Source: Myxococcota bacterium
Lineage (GTDB): Bacteria > Myxococcota > XYA12-FULL-58-9 > JALHOP01
Direction: 5' to 3'
Assembly (NCBI GenBank): GCA_041288095.1
Contig: JBGGMJ010000211.1
Location: forward strand, 1-64,000
Length of the DNA stretch: 64,000 nt
This document shows, piece after piece, positions 59,966 to 64,000 of the stretch. The position numbers were made by a program, and so were the translations under genes. Positions within the stretch are counted from its first letter, which is position 1. Each line of letters opens with the position of its first letter. The notes beneath the pieces are model-generated. The model had not been told where the DNA came from. It did no database searches and saw only the letters and a program-made list of their open reading frames with translations.

Positions 59966-60909
59966 GCGGCAAAGTGCGTATCGCTGTCGTCGGCGGTGGC
60001 CACCTCGGAACCTATCACTGTCAGAAGATTGTGGCGGATGAGCGGGCGCAGCTCGTCGCGGTCATCGATCCAGTGGACGAGAAACGGCAGAAGCTCGCGA
60101 GCCTCCATCACGTGTCGGCCTTCGCGACTCTCGCCGAGCTTCGCGACCCCGTCGATGCCGTCATCGTCGCGACGCCGACGCGCACGCACTCCGCTATCGC
60201 GCACGAGGCCCTAGAGCGCAATCTGCACGTCCTGGTGGAGAAGCCGATCACGGCAACGACGAGCGAAGCCGTCGCGCTGGTGGAGGCGGCGAAGAAGCGC
60301 GGCCGCGTGTTGCAGGTCGGCCACACCGAGCGCTGGAACCCCGCCGTCACCGCGGCGCTCGCCATGGTGGACAAGCCCGGCTACATCGTCGCCGAGCGCC
60401 TGGCCCCCTTCTCCGGCCGCAGCACCGACGTCGACGTGGTGCTCGACCTGATGATCCATGACCTCGACATCGTCGGCGCGCTGATCTCGGCTAAGCTCGT
60501 CGAAACGCGAAGCGTCGGTGTTCCCATCATCACCAGCGAGATCGATATGGCGGCGGCGCGGCTGCAGTTCGAGGACGGCACCGTGGCGCAGATCTCCGCG
60601 GGCCGCGCGAGCCTCGAGCCGGTACGCAAGATCCGCCTGTTCACCAAGGAACGCTACGTGTCGATCGACTGCGCGGCGCGCGAGGTGAAGTCGGTGCGGC
60701 GCCTACCACCCGAGCCCGGCAGCACGTGGCCCCAGATCTCCGGTGAGCCCGTCGAGGTACCGCCGGGCGACGCCTTGCAGCTCCAGGACCGCGACTTCAT
60801 TCGTTGCATCCTCGAAAACGGACGGCCGCGTGTCGATGGGCCCGCGGGGCTGCGCGCGCTCGAGCTCGCCGAAGCGGTCAAGCAAGCACTGACCGCCCCC
60901 CTCGCCTGA
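59962..60909 (+). CDS. Gfo/Idh/MocA oxidoreductase (GnnA-like)
   Basis: GGGHLG, VEKP, GHTERWNP, DVDVVLDLMIHDLD; located in the lpx cluster. Confidence 0.88.
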   Translation: MSGKVRIAVVGGGHLGTYHCQKIVADERAQLVAVIDPVDEKRQKLASLHHVSAFATLAELRDPVDAVIVATPTRTHSAIAHEALERNLHVLVEKPITATTSEAVALVEAAKKRGRVLQVGHTERWNPAVTAALAMVDKPGYIVAERLAPFSGRSTDVDVVLDLMIHDLDIVGALISAKLVETRSVGVPIITSEIDMAAARLQFEDGTVAQISAGRASLEPVRKIRLFTKERYVSIDCAAREVKSVRRLPPEPGSTWPQISGEPVEVPPGDALQLQDRDFIRCILENGRPRVDGPAGLRALELAEAVKQALTAPLA

Positions 60910-61042
60910 GCGCCAAGCCGGCGAAAAATGGGTGGGACATTTTTCCCATCGTCATGGGTGCCGCGGTCCACGGTGCCGAGAACGAACGCCTGCCCGCTGG
61001 TCTCCCGGCGGGCGGCAAAACACTCAACCAGGACAGAAACCA

Positions 61043-61300
61043 ATGTCGATGTCTGGCACCATCATGCGCCGCCGTTTGGAAATGCTTCGCGACTTCAACA
61101 GCCCGAATCCCTACGCGCGCCACGCCGCCAGGGCCGAGTGGAGGGGCGCCGCGCAAGAGAAGGCACTCCTCATGGGTATGATGGCGAACCCGATGATGTG
61201 GAACCCGATGGGCATGGCGATGATCGGCGGCTATGCCACCAGCAAGTTCGTGAGTAACTACGCACGCCTCTCGCGCGGCGGCGGCCGTTACTACTACTAG
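61043..61300 (+). CDS. Small Met-rich orphan protein (85 aa)
   Basis: AGGA RBS; MGMMANPMMWNPMGMAMIGG segment; ends GGGRYYY. Confidence 0.6.
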   Translation: MSMSGTIMRRRLEMLRDFNSPNPYARHAARAEWRGAAQEKALLMGMMANPMMWNPMGMAMIGGYATSKFVSNYARLSRGGGRYYY

Positions 61301-62064
61301 CTATCGTCGCGGCCGAGTTGTCCGCTCCAGCGGCTGAACACGGCGCCTTGCTCGCCGCTGGTCGTCGAGAAACCGAGCAGATGCGGGGGCAAGATCCCTT
61401 CCATCTCGCGCAACCGCTTGAGCGTCCACCGCTCGCCTTCACGCACCAGCCACCCCTGCGCTTCGATCGACTTGAGCGCGCGGGTGATGGTGCGGCGGTT
61501 GACACCGAGGTGCGCCGCCAGCGCGACCGGGCCTATGGGCTCCGAGAGGATCATCGCGTCGTCGCCGCGCTGACCGACGCGTTCGCCGTGATCGAGCAGC
61601 AGGCGTAGGAGTCGCGTCTCGACGTCATAGATCGCCATCACCTGCGCGGTGTGGTTGGCGAGCAGGTGTCGCACGCAGGCGTCCCGGTAGAGCCGGTAGG
61701 CGACCGCCGGTTCCTGGGCCAGCTTCGCGAAGGCCGCGTTTTCGATGCAGACGACCGTCGCATCGACCTCGGCCCGAACGCTCACCATCCAGGGCACCCC
61801 GGCCGCCCATTCCGCGTCCCCGAAGAGGGCTGGCCCGCTCAGGATCCCGAGCGCCATGGTCACGTCTTCCCTGTGATTTCGCCGGTATAAGACGACGGCG
61901 CCGCTCGCCAGGTAGAAAACGTCACGTTGGGGCGATCCCGCCCGCACCAAGATGTCGCCGGCGCCGAGAATACGGACGTTGCAACGCATAGCGACACGGC
62001 GGAGCTCCGCGTCGTCGACCTCGGCGAACAAGGGGGCACGCCGCAGTAGAGCATAGGCTTCCAC
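61297..62064 (-). CDS. Crp/Fnr family transcriptional regulator
   Basis: LRRAPLFAEV, cNMP-binding LFGD, C-terminal HTH LAAHLGVNRRTITRAL. Confidence 0.88.
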   Translation of the reverse strand: MEAYALLRRAPLFAEVDDAELRRVAMRCNVRILGAGDILVRAGSPQRDVFYLASGAVVLYRRNHREDVTMALGILSGPALFGDAEWAAGVPWMVSVRAEVDATVVCIENAAFAKLAQEPAVAYRLYRDACVRHLLANHTAQVMAIYDVETRLLRLLLDHGERVGQRGDDAMILSEPIGPVALAAHLGVNRRTITRALKSIEAQGWLVREGERWTLKRLREMEGILPPHLLGFSTTSGEQGAVFSRWSGQLGRDDS

Positions 62065-62081
62065 GCGGCTGTCTTAACATC

Positions 62082-64000
62082 GTGAACGGTTTAGCCCCAA
62101 CCAAGTCCGCGAGCCCGCTCTGGCTGGAGGCTCTGACGCCCGCTGAGCCGGCCGCACGCCCGGTTGTGCACACGCCGCGCCGTGAGCCGGCGGTACGCCG
62201 CCTGCCCTTGGAGCCCGTGTCCTCGGGCGAGCGCGTTGCCTACCACACCGCGTGGATCCAGCATGCGCGTCACTCCATCAACAACCCCCGCTTGGCCGGC
62301 AAGATCGCGTTCGACGGCGCTTCGGACGGGCTCTACGCGAACGGGCGGTTCGCGACCGACGCAAGCGCCTGGGAGCACCTCGACCTCGCGACGTACCGGC
62401 CCGCCATCACGTCGTTGCCACGTCTCCTCATGATGTCGAAGGAAGAGCTCGTCGCTCGCGTGGCCGATGCTCTCTGTGACCTCGACGACGTGAAGGTCGA
62501 GACCGTGGTCAGCCACGTCGCCGAGAGGCTCTACAGAGCGCCGGTCGTCACCCAGCTGCGCGTCGGTGTCGACCTGGATATCTTGGCCGCCTTCTTGGAC
62601 AAGAACCAAGACGCCATCCGCGCGACGATGCGGACCAGGTTCGCCGCCGAGCGTCGCGAGGACGTCGCGCGCACCATCGCCGACCTCGCCGCCTATCCGC
62701 AGCTGTCGGCCCACGAAGTCTGGTTGCAGGGAGCGGGAGCCAAGCGCCACCGCGACGTGTCGTATTTCGCCGATCTGCGGGCCAACGAGCTCGCGCCTTA
62801 CCTTACCCGCCCCGTGGACCGGATGGGCAACGAGCCCAACTACCTGCTGGCGGCGCAGCTGGCGCGCTTTCTCCTCGGCGCCGAGCCAGGCACGTCGTTT
62901 TCATCCGCTGTCGCGGACTTCAAGGAGCTGGCGTGGGACGCGAGTCTCGCCCCCCAGGGCTGGACAGACTTCACGGTCGCCGACGCCGAACGCCTGTCGC
63001 GGGTCTACACGTTCATTCCGTGCTGGCACACCGGCGCCAAGGGGCCATACGACCTCGGCATCGACGACTTGCCGGAGGACATCCACTCGCGCTTCACCAA
63101 GCTGGCGCAGGTCCCCTTCTCCACGTCCATCATGCGAGACTACGCCGCCCTGCGCGGCGAGCGCGGAGGCCTCGCCGGGTCCTTGCTCGTCACCACCGAG
63201 CACGCTTTAGCGGACAAAATCGATCTCTTCCGACACCTCATCGTCGAGGACGGCATGGCCGGCAAGGACATCCGCGTGGTCTGGAAGCACCACTCGGCGG
63301 ATCCGCTGGTCATCGAGCTCTGCGAGCGACTGTTCGGGGTGACCGGAGAGAAGGCCTCGCCGAGGGGCGTGTGGACGGCGGACACGCGGCTCGAGTGGCT
63401 CGCGAGCGGCGCCCTCGAGCAAGCGGTGCGCGACGCCAGCGCCGACGGCCGCACCGTCAACGTGCACCTCCAGGGCGTGCGTTCGTGGGGCGTCGCCGGC
63501 GAGCTGAAGGCGCTCTATCCCAACGTACCGATCAACGCCTGCTCCCACACGACCAGCGAGGTGCCCGAGATCCTCACCCTGCCCGAGGGCCTCGAGGACG
63601 TGGCGCTCGCCATCATGGCCACGTGCGAAGCGAAGATCCGCTACGAGCGGCACGTGTTCACGCTGAGCTTCATGCGGCTCGTCCTCGATATCGAAAAAGC
63701 ACTCGAGAGCGAGATCGGCGTGGTGCGCGGCGGCCGCCGCTTCCTCGTCTACGGCGGCGCGGGTCGAATCATCGGCGGCGCGGTCGTCGACGCGCTCCGT
63801 AACATGAAGAAGCTCTCGGTAGCGGTCGTCGATCCGTGGCTCGCCACGCCCGAGGGTAAAGCCAAGCGCGAAGCCTTGATCGCTCAGGGAGTCGACATCA
63901 TCGACAGCGACGCGGAGCTCGAGCACGAGCTGCGCACCAAGAGCTTGTTCATCGTCAACGCCACCGCCGACGACGCGTTCTATCACCGCGACTACACGCG
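62082..64000 (+). CDS. Large protein (>639 aa, truncated by window end) with a degenerate S-adenosylhomocysteine-hydrolase-like C-terminal region; not in ORF track
   Basis: Open frame from GTG 62082 to the window end with strong GC3 bias; LAGSLLVTTEHAL, CSHTTSEV, CEAKIRYE, FLVYGGAGRIIG occur in the order of SAHH motifs; start codon uncertain. Confidence 0.7.
   Translation, partial: MNGLAPTKSASPLWLEALTPAEPAARPVVHTPRREPAVRRLPLEPVSSGERVAYHTAWIQHARHSINNPRLAGKIAFDGASDGLYANGRFATDASAWEHLDLATYRPAITSLPRLLMMSKEELVARVADALCDLDDVKVETVVSHVAERLYRAPVVTQLRVGVDLDILAAFLDKNQDAIRATMRTRFAAERREDVARTIADLAAYPQLSAHEVWLQGAGAKRHRDVSYFADLRANELAPYLTRPVDRMGNEPNYLLAAQLARFLLGAEPGTSFSSAVADFKELAWDASLAPQGWTDFTVADAERLSRVYTFIPCWHTGAKGPYDLGIDDLPEDIHSRFTKLAQVPFSTSIMRDYAALRGERGGLAGSLLVTTEHALADKIDLFRHLIVEDGMAGKDIRVVWKHHSADPLVIELCERLFGVTGEKASPRGVWTADTRLEWLASGALEQAVRDASADGRTVNVHLQGVRSWGVAGELKALYPNVPINACSHTTSEVPEILTLPEGLEDVALAIMATCEAKIRYERHVFTLSFMRLVLDIEKALESEIGVVRGGRRFLVYGGAGRIIGGAVVDALRNMKKLSVAVVDPWLATPEGKAKREALIAQGVDIIDSDAELEHELRTKSLFIVNATADDAFYHRDYT

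Noticed and set aside
62091..63986. ORF-track calls 62091-62750(-), 62566-63210(+), 62933-63802(+), 63207-63986(-)
   Set aside because: Alternative frames of the single long + strand ORF starting at 62082

Overview
High-GC (roughly 65-70% by eye) chromosomal window that looks like Myxococcota (CdbA-like RHH protein, AgmX-type, MshEN and VWA/TSP3 proteins; inferred, not proven). It carries housekeeping genes (lepA, argS with a SPOR gene, glgA, guaA, guaB, ppgK-like, tRNA-Val(CAC), skp-lpxD-lpxA-lpxI-gnnA-like), a complete but fragmented reductive pyrimidine catabolism cluster (preT/preA, dihydropyrimidinase, beta-ureidopropionase, aminotransferase, mmsA, NCS1 permease), a TonB-ExbB-ExbD2-TBDR-lipoprotein operon with Pho-box-like 11-bp repeats, an ECF42-type sigma locus and several surface proteins. 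The main unexplained signal is one bipartite motif, GCAAC-N14/15-NCCGATA (resembling sigma-28/FliA-WhiG promoters). It sits directly upstream of nine, possibly ten, scattered mostly orphan genes inserted between conserved genes. None of these has a visible Sec signal peptide, most start with S/T/N/P-rich tails, and one is an intact lipase-fold enzyme. I interpret this as a dispersed sigma-28 regulon of candidate type III/flagellar-export substrates (hypothesis). Two genes missing from the ORF track were also found: a 58-aa CdbA-like RHH protein and a >639-aa protein with a degenerate SAH-hydrolase-like domain that runs off the window end. No CRISPR array, transposase, integrase or rRNA was seen.
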